A DNA stretch of 32,000 nucleotides from Candidatus Brocadia sp. (GCA_021650915.1 CP091279.1:1410001-1442000), one strand, 5' to 3'; shown: positions 1 to 8,837, numbered from the stretch's first letter. A program made the numbers and translations. Notes: generated from the sequence alone by a model not told the origin.

Positions 1-65
1 ATAGCCCTTTCCGTAGCAATAATCACCCAACGACTTGAAATAGGGTCTTTTCTCAGTTCCGGCAT
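1..65 (-). CDS. First 21 codons of a GalT-type (galactose-1-phosphate uridylyltransferase / HIT superfamily) gene that runs out of the window
   Basis: Minus-strand ATG at 65..63 is preceded by GGAGGG (80..75). The translation MPELRKDPISSRWVIIATERA matches the conserved N-terminus (ELRxDPxxxRWVIIAxER) that I recall for GalT-like nucleotidyltransferases. It is absent from the ORF track because the window edge truncates it. Confidence 0.45.
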   Translation of the reverse strand, partial: MPELRKDPISSRWVIIATERA

Positions 66-112
66 GTTTCATTACCCTCCACTGTCATGCGAAATACTCT
101 GAAAATCGTTTT

Positions 113-140
113 ATTATACCTGCCATATCATTTTTTCAAA
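113..140 (-). promoter_or_regulatory. Candidate sigma-70 promoter for the GalT-like gene
   Basis: The minus strand reads TTTGAA (140..135), a 16-nt spacer, then TATAAT (118..113), about 45 nt upstream of the ATG at 65. Confidence 0.3.
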
Positions 141-775
141 ATCTATCGATGGTACAGAAAAGCTATACTCCACAGGCTCACAATTTGTGATTTATAGTAG
201 TTCAACACGGACAAACAGAGTTTGTCCATGCCACCTTATTATCAATTTAAAATTCACATTTTATGAGCATCTTGAGTATAAATACCGCTCTGCACGGTAT
301 TCTTTGAACAATCTCGTTTTTCAACACCAATTCAGGAAAGATGCCACATCAATACCCAGCAAAAGGCCTGTCGAAGCAAAAGGATGAGATAATTCAATGA
401 TCTTTTCGAAAGAGACACTGAAATACCCCTTCTCAGCGTAAACACGGCTTTTATTGTTCACCTGAAACCGCAGTGGTCTATCTATCAAAAAGGAAGTAGA
501 AATTTGCCGTAACTATTCACCGTAATATCTTTCGCTATCGCTACGGCCTGAGTACATCATCCGCCTTCCAACGCTCCTGCCACATCCTTTGCCGCACGGC
601 TTATCTCTTCAAGCAAAAGTTTCATCTCTTTCGTTCACTGCTGCTTTTCATCCTCTTCTCACACATCCTCCAATTCTCTCAGAGACGACACCCAGTACAG
701 AGCGCGTGCGTACAAACGGTATTGTATTGTCTTTATATTATGGCTGCAGCTAATGCAAGTAAAACGCAATCTTGA

Positions 776-2146
776 TCATTGAGGTTGAATATTTTGAAGT
801 GATTTTTTCCGTGATTCCTTAGGATGAACGATCCGTTTCCAGTATTCATCGAATTGGAACTTGGGGCTATGTTCGCTATCATGACATACCAGACAAGTTG
901 TCTCATCCGTTGAACTGTAGGCATCGTTTACATTTTTTACGTGTTTATTCCCGGCGCCATGGCAGCTTTCACACCCAACATGAAATAAGTTCTGATTTTT
1001 TTCGGCATTTAAAAACCCAGACACATTCCCATATCCTGTCGTATGACACTGAATACACTCCGGGTCATATTGATGTCCAACGCCTGCCAGGGTATGATAA
1101 GCAATGCCATGTGCTGTTTTCAACCAGTGATCGTATATTATCTTATGACACGCACTACAGGTAAAACTCCCCGCATAAGCGAGACCATTTGGAAGAGGCG
1201 CCTGTGGAATGCTACTTAATAAATCTTCATCTTTTAATATATTTTGATATTCCTGTAACAAGGAAACCATCTCTTGTGACCCCTGAAAGGAATGGTCTAA
1301 CGGAATAATTTCAACCGACTTTCTTTCTAACATTTTCTTATCCACTCCATACGTTACTATTCCAATATACTTTCCCCCCATTCCGGAAGAAACAATCGGG
1401 GTGTCTTGAACGTATGTTATTGCGTCCTTTGGCTCTTCTATATGGTGACCTGTTATAACTAAGCCTATTTCCGGGAAATATTTTGCAATTTCCTTTGATT
1501 CCTCCAGCGGGGCGTGTGAGAGTAACACAATGAGATTTACCTTATTTCTCAATTGTTTTATGTAAGGCTTTAGAGCCTTTATGGGTTCAGAGAGAGTCAC
1601 ATATTCACTCAGATTGGGATCAAGAAACGACTTCGAAAGAATACCCAAAAAGGCAATTTTTACCCGGGAATCAAAGTCACAACATTCCTTTATCACAGAT
1701 TGATTGATTTTTATAGGAAATGGGGCATTAAAGCTTACATTGGAGGAAAGGAATTCTACGCCTTGTGACTGAGATAAAAAACTGAGCACCTGTGGGTTAA
1801 TTTCAATATCCTTTTCGCCAAGATTATGCAAGATATAGCCCATGAATCCTAACGCACGGGAGAGTGTCTCCATTTTTATTTCATCTTGTCTGCCACTACC
1901 TTTCGGCAGATCACCAAGACTTACCGGCAAGACGCATTTTTTTTGTTTCTTAACAAAATCTATGAATGAATACCTCCTGGAAATACCGCCCAGTTGCCCT
2001 TCGTAACAACCGCACGGTTGCAAATTACCCAATTCTTCACCGGAAAATATTATTGCCACATCCTTCGGGAAGGCGTAAATATTGACAGGAAACATCATGG
2101 GAAAAAAAAGAGCGTACAGCACAAACAACCGCTTCATAGGGGCCAA
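776..2146 (-). CDS. Secreted fusion protein: degenerate calcineurin-like phosphoesterase/5'-nucleotidase-like N-terminal domain plus C-terminal tetrahaem cytochrome c (c554-type multihaem fold)
   Basis: 456-aa ORF with an N-terminal signal peptide (MAPMKRLFVLYALFFPMMFPVNIYA). A GHH motif (LVITGHHIE) and an LGNLQPCGC...GGISRR region resemble metallophosphoesterases, but the usual DxH motif is missing. The C-terminus has four CxxCH motifs (CSACH, CIQCH, CESCH, CLVCH) in the CxxCHttG...CExCHGaG pattern of cytochrome c554-like proteins. The start lies 7 nt after the stop of the upstream gene. Confidence 0.8.
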   Translation of the reverse strand: MAPMKRLFVLYALFFPMMFPVNIYAFPKDVAIIFSGEELGNLQPCGCYEGQLGGISRRYSFIDFVKKQKKCVLPVSLGDLPKGSGRQDEIKMETLSRALGFMGYILHNLGEKDIEINPQVLSFLSQSQGVEFLSSNVSFNAPFPIKINQSVIKECCDFDSRVKIAFLGILSKSFLDPNLSEYVTLSEPIKALKPYIKQLRNKVNLIVLLSHAPLEESKEIAKYFPEIGLVITGHHIEEPKDAITYVQDTPIVSSGMGGKYIGIVTYGVDKKMLERKSVEIIPLDHSFQGSQEMVSLLQEYQNILKDEDLLSSIPQAPLPNGLAYAGSFTCSACHKIIYDHWLKTAHGIAYHTLAGVGHQYDPECIQCHTTGYGNVSGFLNAEKNQNLFHVGCESCHGAGNKHVKNVNDAYSSTDETTCLVCHDSEHSPKFQFDEYWKRIVHPKESRKKSLQNIQPQ

Positions 2147-2153
2147 TTCCTTC

Positions 2154-3188
2154 CTATCCTTTTATTTCCCCGTTTAACGGAATATGAATAACCGGCTGAA
2201 TGGCACTGTTTGTATATATCGTTAAGCTACCAGCAATTTCTCCTATGAACGAATTTTTCTCAACGGTTACCTGGATCTTCTTACTCGTAGGAGTTATTTC
2301 TGTTACGGTGTAATTTATGACCTTTGGGTCAACTTCAATCTTTTCTATTTTTACCGCTTTATTCACAAAGTTAATAATAACCGTCCTATCAGTATTCCGA
2401 TCCTTTGTTACCTTGCCAAAAGATACCATTTCAGGATAAAAGGTGATATCTCCAACAATCTCGCCAGAAAATGGTACGTCTACTCTTTCCTGCTTTCCAC
2501 TGCTCGTATAAACAAATATGATCCCGTTAAATTTGCCAACATAATCATATTTATCAATAGTAATCTGGAAACGATGCGTACTACGATCGTCGCCCTTCTC
2601 TTCTTTAATCGAAACGTAGGGATTCGGGGATTCAACTTTTTTTACCTCAATCTTCAGTTCTGGTATTGTTTTTACCTCTATATTTCTGGTACAAGAATCA
2701 CCCTTTCTGATAATACCAAAATTAATCCGTTTGGGATTAACACTAACTTCTTCTATAACCTCCCCCGCGATCGTAAGTTTCAACGACGAATCTTTTGGAT
2801 CATTTGAGTTCACCATAACAGTTTTTGATACCTTTCCCACATAGCGGCCAGGATTAAATTTAACCTTAACTTCTCCCGTCTCGCCTTTTCTCAGATGACT
2901 CTTCGACACTAATGCGGCAGTGCAACCGCACGATGATTTAACGTTACTTACAATCAATTCACCCTGCCCCTCATTCTTAAACTTAAAGCCGTATTCCACA
3001 ATTTCACCAATAAATATCTTGCCGAAATTATAGATTTGCTCTTCGAATACGATCTTCGGTTTATCGGTTGTTGTTTCCGCACCGCTATCCCCGCCCTGAA
3101 TACTATCAGAAGCAAATGCATCAGTATATAAATATGAAATTATCACTGCTTGCAGTATAAATAAATACACAGTAATTATTTTCATCAT
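2154..3188 (-). CDS. Secreted DUF1573-family protein with about three tandem beta-sandwich (PapD/ASPM-like) domains
   Basis: 344-aa ORF with a signal peptide. The first domain carries the DUF1573 signature (YNFGKI...GELIVSNVKSSCGCTAA). Two further repeats have the same FG...V/I-rich strand periodicity. Confidence 0.8.
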   Translation of the reverse strand: MMKIITVYLFILQAVIISYLYTDAFASDSIQGGDSGAETTTDKPKIVFEEQIYNFGKIFIGEIVEYGFKFKNEGQGELIVSNVKSSCGCTAALVSKSHLRKGETGEVKVKFNPGRYVGKVSKTVMVNSNDPKDSSLKLTIAGEVIEEVSVNPKRINFGIIRKGDSCTRNIEVKTIPELKIEVKKVESPNPYVSIKEEKGDDRSTHRFQITIDKYDYVGKFNGIIFVYTSSGKQERVDVPFSGEIVGDITFYPEMVSFGKVTKDRNTDRTVIINFVNKAVKIEKIEVDPKVINYTVTEITPTSKKIQVTVEKNSFIGEIAGSLTIYTNSAIQPVIHIPLNGEIKG

Positions 3189-3337
3189 AACAAATATCTC
3201 CTTAACGACACATGGTATTTATATGATTGCTTAATGAAGATAATATGAATTGAACGCTTTTTTTATCCAGTTAAAAGCTTATTGAAGTAGTTTAACCTTT
3301 TTATAGAATAAAATCAATCTTGATAATCTATAAACAC

Positions 3338-3385
3338 GAAGAGCTGGGCAGTGAGGAATAACCCCCACAGAAGACCCAGCTCTTC
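3338..3385 (-). terminator. Stem-loop terminator downstream of the hydrazine synthase alpha gene
   Basis: Perfect 11-bp inverted repeat GAAGAGCTGGG (3338..3348) / CCCAGCTCTTC (3375..3385) with a second inner stem (GTGAGG/CCCCAC). It lies 65 nt after the stop, and the transcript continues GUGUUUAUAGAUUAU. Confidence 0.6.
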
Positions 3386-3449
3386 ATGACGTTAATATCC
3401 GTGAGTCCTGGCTTTCACAACCGACAAGCTCAGCGACCTCTCTCAGGCA

Positions 3450-5882
3450 TTATCTTGAATGATACCCCGGATAGAGATCAGGACCCTGGATGTTGTCCCA
3501 CTGTGCCCCTATATCAATCCACTCAACAAACAAATACCTCTCATCCTGCGTGAGGAACTTGTCATGCATTACTCTTCCCTCTATCGGGAATACATTCTCC
3601 CTCGGTGCAAACTGACTCAACGCCGTCTCATACAGCCTCCAAATTAACAAACTGTTGATGGCCGACGACGGATTGACATACTTACCACCAAGGTTGGCGT
3701 CCTTGCCCCTCTGCGGCTCAAGCAAGCTGGTGTACGCACGGCTGAATGCCGACACGCCATCCACACTCACTAACTCCGATCCACCCGACAAATCCGGTGA
3801 ACTGCCCGCATTGTGACAACCTGCACACTTCACATCAATGATCGGCTGAATGTCCCTGCGGAAATCCACCGTTCTCCTCTTATCATCCGTTAACCCTTCC
3901 ACCGGCTGAGATGTCGTTCCTGACGGGCCTCCATAATACACATCCGAAGGCACCACCACATCGTCCCCGTGCTTTACTCCCTGATAGATTCCACTCTTGT
4001 CAAATTTCAGGTACCCAAACGCAAAGGGTGAATCATAATGGCTCCGGTCATCATACCACCAGTTGTACAACGCCTTCGCATGCTGGTTCTGGAACGCCCT
4101 GCCACGGTACGATCCGTCATGACAACCACTGCATATCCTGCCATGATACGGCCTCAAATACGCCCATACCAACGCCGTCTGCACCGCCATTCCCCTCTCA
4201 TCCAGGTTCTGGATATAGTACGGGGTGTCAGCCGTCTGAGACGTTACCACTGAACCATCATCCTCTACATACTGATACCCGATGATCCGCCTCTGCTGGA
4301 ACGCTGTGCCTGAGTTGCTGCTTGAACGACATCCACCCAACAGGTGACTGCCCGCACCAACCTTGAACCTGCTTGCATCCGGCTCAACACACTGCGTACC
4401 TTCCACTATCCTCACCGCCTTCACATCGCCCCGCTTTGTATCCTTCGCCTTCTGATGCGGATAAGGACCTACCGGGATATCGGTCAACGTCGTGTCAAAA
4501 CAAATCCACGTTGCCCATGAATGCGGATACCCTTCCACTTTCACCTGATCAAACGGCTGATACGTCACCGTCGTTACCCCAAAGTTCTTTCCGGCCGTAA
4601 AGGTGTTGATCCACCTCGGACGGTACTTAACGTATATCGGGGCCGGCTGATGATCGTTCCACTCAGGATCATTGTGCACCAATTCCCCAGCCTTGCCATT
4701 CTTGAAATCAAACCAATAGATGCCGAAATCTCCACGCTCTGCATATGACACCAACATCCTGTCGTCAGGAAGCGGATACGGACTCCGGTACAATCCACCA
4801 TCATCCTTCGTCAACCTCTCATAGGTCTTGTTATACGGGGCATCCCAGCTTACCGATGCCAACTGACCTACTCCCCAGTTCATATACGGCGACTCTACAT
4901 ACACCAATCTCCTGTCCCCGAACGTGATCTTGGCCTGTGACCTGCCACTTGCACCGCCAACCTCACCCTCGCAGTTCCCATAGATCGGCCTCGGATACGC
5001 ACCGTCCCAGTTGTCTACACACAGCATTACCCGACCCTTGCCCCCTGCCCTGCTGCCATTGGCCTGGGTGCTGGAGAACAGGATGTTTCCATCCGGCGTC
5101 GTCGTCGGATCAAAGTTCGAACTGATGTTGTAGGTGATCTGGTCTATCGTCGTATTGATGCTCGGGAACTCTATACCCGACAACACGTGACCGGTAATTC
5201 TCTCCGTCACATGCCCGCCCTGCGTATCCAACCGGAACAGGTTATACGCATACGGATTGTGGAACTCATCCATGACGCCGTCCGGAGAACCTGCAAAGAT
5301 GATGAACCCGGTCTTCTCTACCGTGCCCCTCTCCTTCCAGTCTCCTTCAAAGTACCGGTCACGCCATATGATGCGTCCCTGACCTTCTTCGATACTGCCT
5401 GCTGCATAATAGATCGGCGCACGGCAGGTGCCCTTGTAATCCGTCATCTGCCTCAAACCGCTGCCGTCTACGTTCATCTCCCATATCTGGCATCCGCCGC
5501 CCTTCTTGTGCACCCCGGCAAATGCAAATTTCTTCCCGTCCCAATACGTTGAAGGATCAAAGGCCGTTGCAAAATCATTCGTCAATACCTTCAATTCCTT
5601 CGTCTTTAAATTGTACAGCACAATCCGGCTGCCCTCTGGCACATAGTGCGGATAGTTCTGATACGGATCTCCCTTTGTCGTCCTCGGTGACTGCGTAAAT
5701 AATAACGCATCGACCGGACCCTGCACTTCCTTCGACATCCCGCTATAATCAGTCCATAAGGCCTTTCCCTGCTTCGAACCGCCTACCATCACCTGGTTGC
5801 CCGATGCAAAGACGCTCCCACAGACCAACGCACCTGCCATGATCGCAGACGCCACCACTCCTCCTATTTTCCTCTTACTCAT
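3450..5882 (-). CDS. hzsA: Hydrazine synthase alpha subunit
   Basis: ORF 3450..5903. I prefer the ATG at 5882 (AAAGGAGAAGG about 8 nt upstream), which gives MSKRKIGGVVASAIMAGALVCGSVFA as a signal peptide. The large propeller-like N-terminal part is followed by two C-terminal CxxCH motifs (CSGCH, CAGCH). The peptides YFEGDW and HYDSPF are encoded by exact matches to the degenerate hzsA primers as I recall them (plus strand 5337..5354 and 4023..4042, 1332 bp apart). Confidence 0.93.
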   Translation of the reverse strand: MSKRKIGGVVASAIMAGALVCGSVFASGNQVMVGGSKQGKALWTDYSGMSKEVQGPVDALLFTQSPRTTKGDPYQNYPHYVPEGSRIVLYNLKTKELKVLTNDFATAFDPSTYWDGKKFAFAGVHKKGGGCQIWEMNVDGSGLRQMTDYKGTCRAPIYYAAGSIEEGQGRIIWRDRYFEGDWKERGTVEKTGFIIFAGSPDGVMDEFHNPYAYNLFRLDTQGGHVTERITGHVLSGIEFPSINTTIDQITYNISSNFDPTTTPDGNILFSSTQANGSRAGGKGRVMLCVDNWDGAYPRPIYGNCEGEVGGASGRSQAKITFGDRRLVYVESPYMNWGVGQLASVSWDAPYNKTYERLTKDDGGLYRSPYPLPDDRMLVSYAERGDFGIYWFDFKNGKAGELVHNDPEWNDHQPAPIYVKYRPRWINTFTAGKNFGVTTVTYQPFDQVKVEGYPHSWATWICFDTTLTDIPVGPYPHQKAKDTKRGDVKAVRIVEGTQCVEPDASRFKVGAGSHLLGGCRSSSNSGTAFQQRRIIGYQYVEDDGSVVTSQTADTPYYIQNLDERGMAVQTALVWAYLRPYHGRICSGCHDGSYRGRAFQNQHAKALYNWWYDDRSHYDSPFAFGYLKFDKSGIYQGVKHGDDVVVPSDVYYGGPSGTTSQPVEGLTDDKRRTVDFRRDIQPIIDVKCAGCHNAGSSPDLSGGSELVSVDGVSAFSRAYTSLLEPQRGKDANLGGKYVNPSSAINSLLIWRLYETALSQFAPRENVFPIEGRVMHDKFLTQDERYLFVEWIDIGAQWDNIQGPDLYPGYHSR

Positions 5883-5978
5883 CTGTTGGCCTTCTCCTTT
5901 CACTATTTTTTGGAATTCTCAAATATTTCTCTCATTCTCCAAAGGGCAAACACCTGGTTCACCCCTCCACAAAACCTC

Positions 5979-7004
5979 TTACAGCGCCTTCAGGAATTCA
6001 ACCAGGTCCTGCATCTCCTGCTGAGTCAAATGCGACGTCCTTCCATGCATGTCCTTCTCATTCACCGTGTTGTTGATCGTGTCTATCAACGTCCGGGCTC
6101 CCCCGTCATGGAAATACGTACCCGATGCATAAATATCCCTCAACGTCGGCGTGTCAAACTCCTTCACCAGGTCCAGCCCGATGATCGGCGTGTCACTCTC
6201 CTCGCCATAGGGATCTTCCCCTGCCTCTAATGCCTTCAGGTTAAAGACCTTTCCCGGCGTTGAACGGAAACCCTTTACCCCAACACGGCCCGTCCCCACG
6301 TCATGGGTCTGCGCATCGCTAAAAAGCGCCTTCGGATCACTTGCATCACCCGGATGGCACTCCACACATCCCACATTCGGATCGTTGAATATCTTCTCGC
6401 CCCTCTTCTGCGCATCCGTCAGCGAACCATCCGGATTCCTGAACGGACTTCCCGTGAATTCCAGCGCACGGATGTAGCAGATCAACGCCTCCAACCTCAA
6501 TGGCGAAAAGTTCTCACTCCTGAACACAAACCCAGGGTCTCTTCCGCACACCCTGTCCAGCGAACTCGTTGCTCCCACGATCTCATCCGGATGTCCCGTG
6601 AATCCCTCATGACGGAACGGCGGCAAATACCTTCCCCCACGGATGTACTTCGTGTTCTTCCAGCTTCCCCATCCCTCATCACCAAGGTCCCAGATCAATC
6701 CCGTCGTCTGGCCCCTCTCGTAATGACAGCTCGCGCATGCATACTCACCCTGAAGACCCCAAGATGCATCGTTAAACTGGAACTGCCCGTACCGCACCAG
6801 CTCGCTCTTGTACGGTGAGTGCTTTACCCGATAATGCACCTCCGGCACCGTAAGCGGTTCTGCCCGCGGAAGCGGCTCCCACTCCGGCCCCGTCTGGATC
6901 GTCGCCACTACCTGCGGCGTACCGGCCATCAACTGGCCAGTCGTCGCTACCCCCATGATCCCCAGAGCGGCTATCAAACCGATCTTTTTTATTCCACTTT
7001 TCAT
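5979..7004 (-). CDS. hzsB: Hydrazine synthase dihaem subunit (structural gamma subunit; cytochrome c peroxidase/MauG-like)
   Basis: ORF 5979..7193. I prefer the ATG at 7004 (AAGGAGGAG upstream), which gives the signal peptide MKSGIKKIGLIAALGIMGVATTG. There are two CxxCH motifs (CASCH, CVECH) and the CCP/MauG-type motif FDTPTLRDI...YFHDGG. Plus strand 6292..6311 and 6657..6676 exactly match the degenerate hzsB primers as I recall them. Naming caveat: under hzsCBA operon naming this is hzsB, but in the structural literature it is the gamma subunit. Confidence 0.9.
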   Translation of the reverse strand: MKSGIKKIGLIAALGIMGVATTGQLMAGTPQVVATIQTGPEWEPLPRAEPLTVPEVHYRVKHSPYKSELVRYGQFQFNDASWGLQGEYACASCHYERGQTTGLIWDLGDEGWGSWKNTKYIRGGRYLPPFRHEGFTGHPDEIVGATSSLDRVCGRDPGFVFRSENFSPLRLEALICYIRALEFTGSPFRNPDGSLTDAQKRGEKIFNDPNVGCVECHPGDASDPKALFSDAQTHDVGTGRVGVKGFRSTPGKVFNLKALEAGEDPYGEESDTPIIGLDLVKEFDTPTLRDIYASGTYFHDGGARTLIDTINNTVNEKDMHGRTSHLTQQEMQDLVEFLKAL

Positions 7005-7108
7005 AACTCTTTTCTCCTCCTTAATGAATTGCCCTATTTCTGAATTCTTACCGCTTATCACTCTCTTACTACTTTTCTCTCTGTAATCAGCACGACTATG
7101 CGCCACAA

Positions 7109-8239
7109 TTAATCCACCGGCGTCCTTATCACGGACACGTTGTTGGAAAAATAGTTCGCTGCATAGCAATACTTCCCATCCGGTGATAAACACACTGAGC
7201 TTGGCCCAAGTCCCGTCGGCACCCTGGCCACCAGATAATCCCTTACAAATCCAAGATCATCCCTCAGGTAATCCAGCTCCGCCTGTGAATTCCCGCGCAC
7301 GGCGTTCAACACCTTCGCCATATCCAGGATCGTTACCCGGTGCATGCCTCTTACCCCAATATACAGATACCGGCCCTTCGGATCCATCGCCAACCCGTAC
7401 GGATTTCCATCGTAGTTGTTCAACTCATCCAGCGGCAACCGCGCTACCTTACCACCCGGCTTCGTCTCCAGCACCGCGATGTTGTTCGTAAAGACCTGCC
7501 CGTTCTCTGCCTCGCACACCGGCAACCAGTTCTTCGGCGTCTCATACGTCACCACCACATACTGCCCATCAGGCGTATATACCACATCCCTCAGGTTGGA
7601 ACTCTCACGGATTACCCGCTTCTCAAGCACACGGCTCGTGTCCACATCAATAAAATTCACGCTCCGGCTAATCGAACCTACCGTGTCATTAATCACCGCA
7701 AGCGTCTTGCCGTCCGGCGATATGTCCAAGGTCCTTGGACCGTAATCACTCGTGTAGATCGCCCTCGTCTTCTCCATCCTCCCCGTGTCTATCACATCAA
7801 CCGTGTTCCACATATTTCCCGAACATGCAACGTATGCCGTCTTCCCGTCTCTGGAAATCTTTATCCCGCTTGGCCAGTCCCCCACCTTGATCTCCTTGAC
7901 GACCTGCTTGCGCGCCACGTCAATCACCGACACGCTGTCGCTCTCGGCATTGCATACATACAAAAACGCATTGTCCGGCGTTGTCGCCGCCGCCTCAGGC
8001 TGCACTCCTACCGCAACCTCACCCGTCACCTTCTGCGTCCGGGCATCCACAAACGTCACGCTATGCCCCGACTGATTGCAGATATACAACGTCCCTCCAT
8101 CCGGCGACGTCGTGATATGAAACGGCCCCGGCAGATCCGTCTTCACGTGTGTCCCCTGGATAAACCCAGCGCTCGACACACCCACCACCGACAGCACCGC
8201 TCCCACTACCGCTGCTCCTATCCATCCTCTTCCTTTCAT
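7109..8239 (-). CDS. hzsC: Hydrazine synthase beta-propeller subunit (structural beta subunit)
   Basis: ORF 7109..8308. I prefer the ATG at 8239 (AGGAGGGAAGGAAG upstream), which gives the signal peptide MKGRGWIGAAVVGAVLSVVGVSSA. It contains repeated YVTN/lactonase-type propeller blades (LYICNQSGHSVTFVD, LYVCNAESDSVSVID, AYVACSG..NTVDVID, CYAANYFSNNVSVI). It is the first gene of the three, as in the hzsCBA order; the symbol usage B/C differs between papers. Confidence 0.88.
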   Translation of the reverse strand: MKGRGWIGAAVVGAVLSVVGVSSAGFIQGTHVKTDLPGPFHITTSPDGGTLYICNQSGHSVTFVDARTQKVTGEVAVGVQPEAAATTPDNAFLYVCNAESDSVSVIDVARKQVVKEIKVGDWPSGIKISRDGKTAYVACSGNMWNTVDVIDTGRMEKTRAIYTSDYGPRTLDISPDGKTLAVINDTVGSISRSVNFIDVDTSRVLEKRVIRESSNLRDVVYTPDGQYVVVTYETPKNWLPVCEAENGQVFTNNIAVLETKPGGKVARLPLDELNNYDGNPYGLAMDPKGRYLYIGVRGMHRVTILDMAKVLNAVRGNSQAELDYLRDDLGFVRDYLVARVPTGLGPSSVCLSPDGKYCYAANYFSNNVSVIRTPVD

Positions 8240-8294
8240 CGCTCTTCCTTCCCTCCTATATCTTCGATTTTCTACAATGCAAAATAAAGCACAC

Positions 8295-8837
8295 CTATTT
8301 CGTAACATGCGGACAAGTACCTGATTTCGTACATATTATTTCCAAAGCCACACCGCACGTCTCACAATCACCTGCTTTTTCAATTTGTGGCGCATACCTT
8401 CCCTTCATCGTTGCAAAACCTTTCCCTGGTTCTGGGGTTTCTTTGCCGCATTTGGGGCATTTAAATAATGCTCTCGCCCAAATTTTTTTGCTGGTAATAT
8501 CATCTCCGCATTCATCACAGGCACCAGGAGCTGGCATACATACTCCATATTTCTTACAATTGGTATTTACACAACTGTAAGCAATCTTTTGGCATGCCCA
8601 GCATGTAGGCAAATCGGTATGGGTCTTGTCCCCTGCAGCACGATGTTTTGCAAAATCCCAGATATATCCGATTTCAGAACACTCATTAAATTCACGAACA
8701 TCTTTGCATGCATCACACCAATATGCTTCTAAAATCTGCCGTTTATCGCACGGTTTATCCCATGCAGCAAAAACTGGCTGACCCAGAGAAACAATCATGC
8801 TTACCATACCTGCAGCTAGAAAAAAAGTCCTTTTCAT
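8295..8837 (-). CDS. Small secreted Cys-rich protein of unknown family (five CxxC pairs, zinc-ribbon-like knuckles)
   Basis: ORF 8295..8849 starts at a GTG; I prefer the ATG at 8837. The signal peptide is MKRTFFLAAGMVSMIVSLGQPVFA. The mature part has 17 Cys, including CDAC, CWAC, CDEC, CPKC and CETC. The stop is 55 nt upstream of the first hzs start, on the same strand. Confidence 0.75.
   Translation of the reverse strand: MKRTFFLAAGMVSMIVSLGQPVFAAWDKPCDKRQILEAYWCDACKDVREFNECSEIGYIWDFAKHRAAGDKTHTDLPTCWACQKIAYSCVNTNCKKYGVCMPAPGACDECGDDITSKKIWARALFKCPKCGKETPEPGKGFATMKGRYAPQIEKAGDCETCGVALEIICTKSGTCPHVTK

Noticed and set aside
187-387. A 66-aa plus-strand ORF in the first intergenic region.
   Set aside because: It has a GTG start without a ribosome-binding site and a low-complexity product. 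It overlaps two hairpins and is better treated as non-coding.
3459-8287. A series of long plus-strand ORFs, including 3911..4285, 4373..4600, 4937..5125, 5187..5552, 5886..6230, 6303..6818, 7183..7491, the 315-aa 7340..8287 and 7785..8075.
   Set aside because: All lie antisense to the hzs genes. Their products are low-complexity and rich in P/S/T/H/R, with no motifs. The plus strand here is C/T-rich and G-poor, so stop codons are rare by composition alone. The minus-strand genes have strong family signatures, SD sequences and signal peptides.
5979-8308. Long N-terminal extensions of the track ORFs for the dihaem subunit (to 7193), the propeller subunit (to 8308) and hzsA (GTG at 5903). The same issue affects corA (27286), DUF488 (28248), the DUF3347-like gene (28826) and the MscS-like gene (29627).
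   Set aside because: In most cases an internal start codon is preceded by a good Shine-Dalgarno sequence. For the exported proteins it is followed immediately by a signal peptide. The extensions overlap upstream genes or encode implausible leaders.
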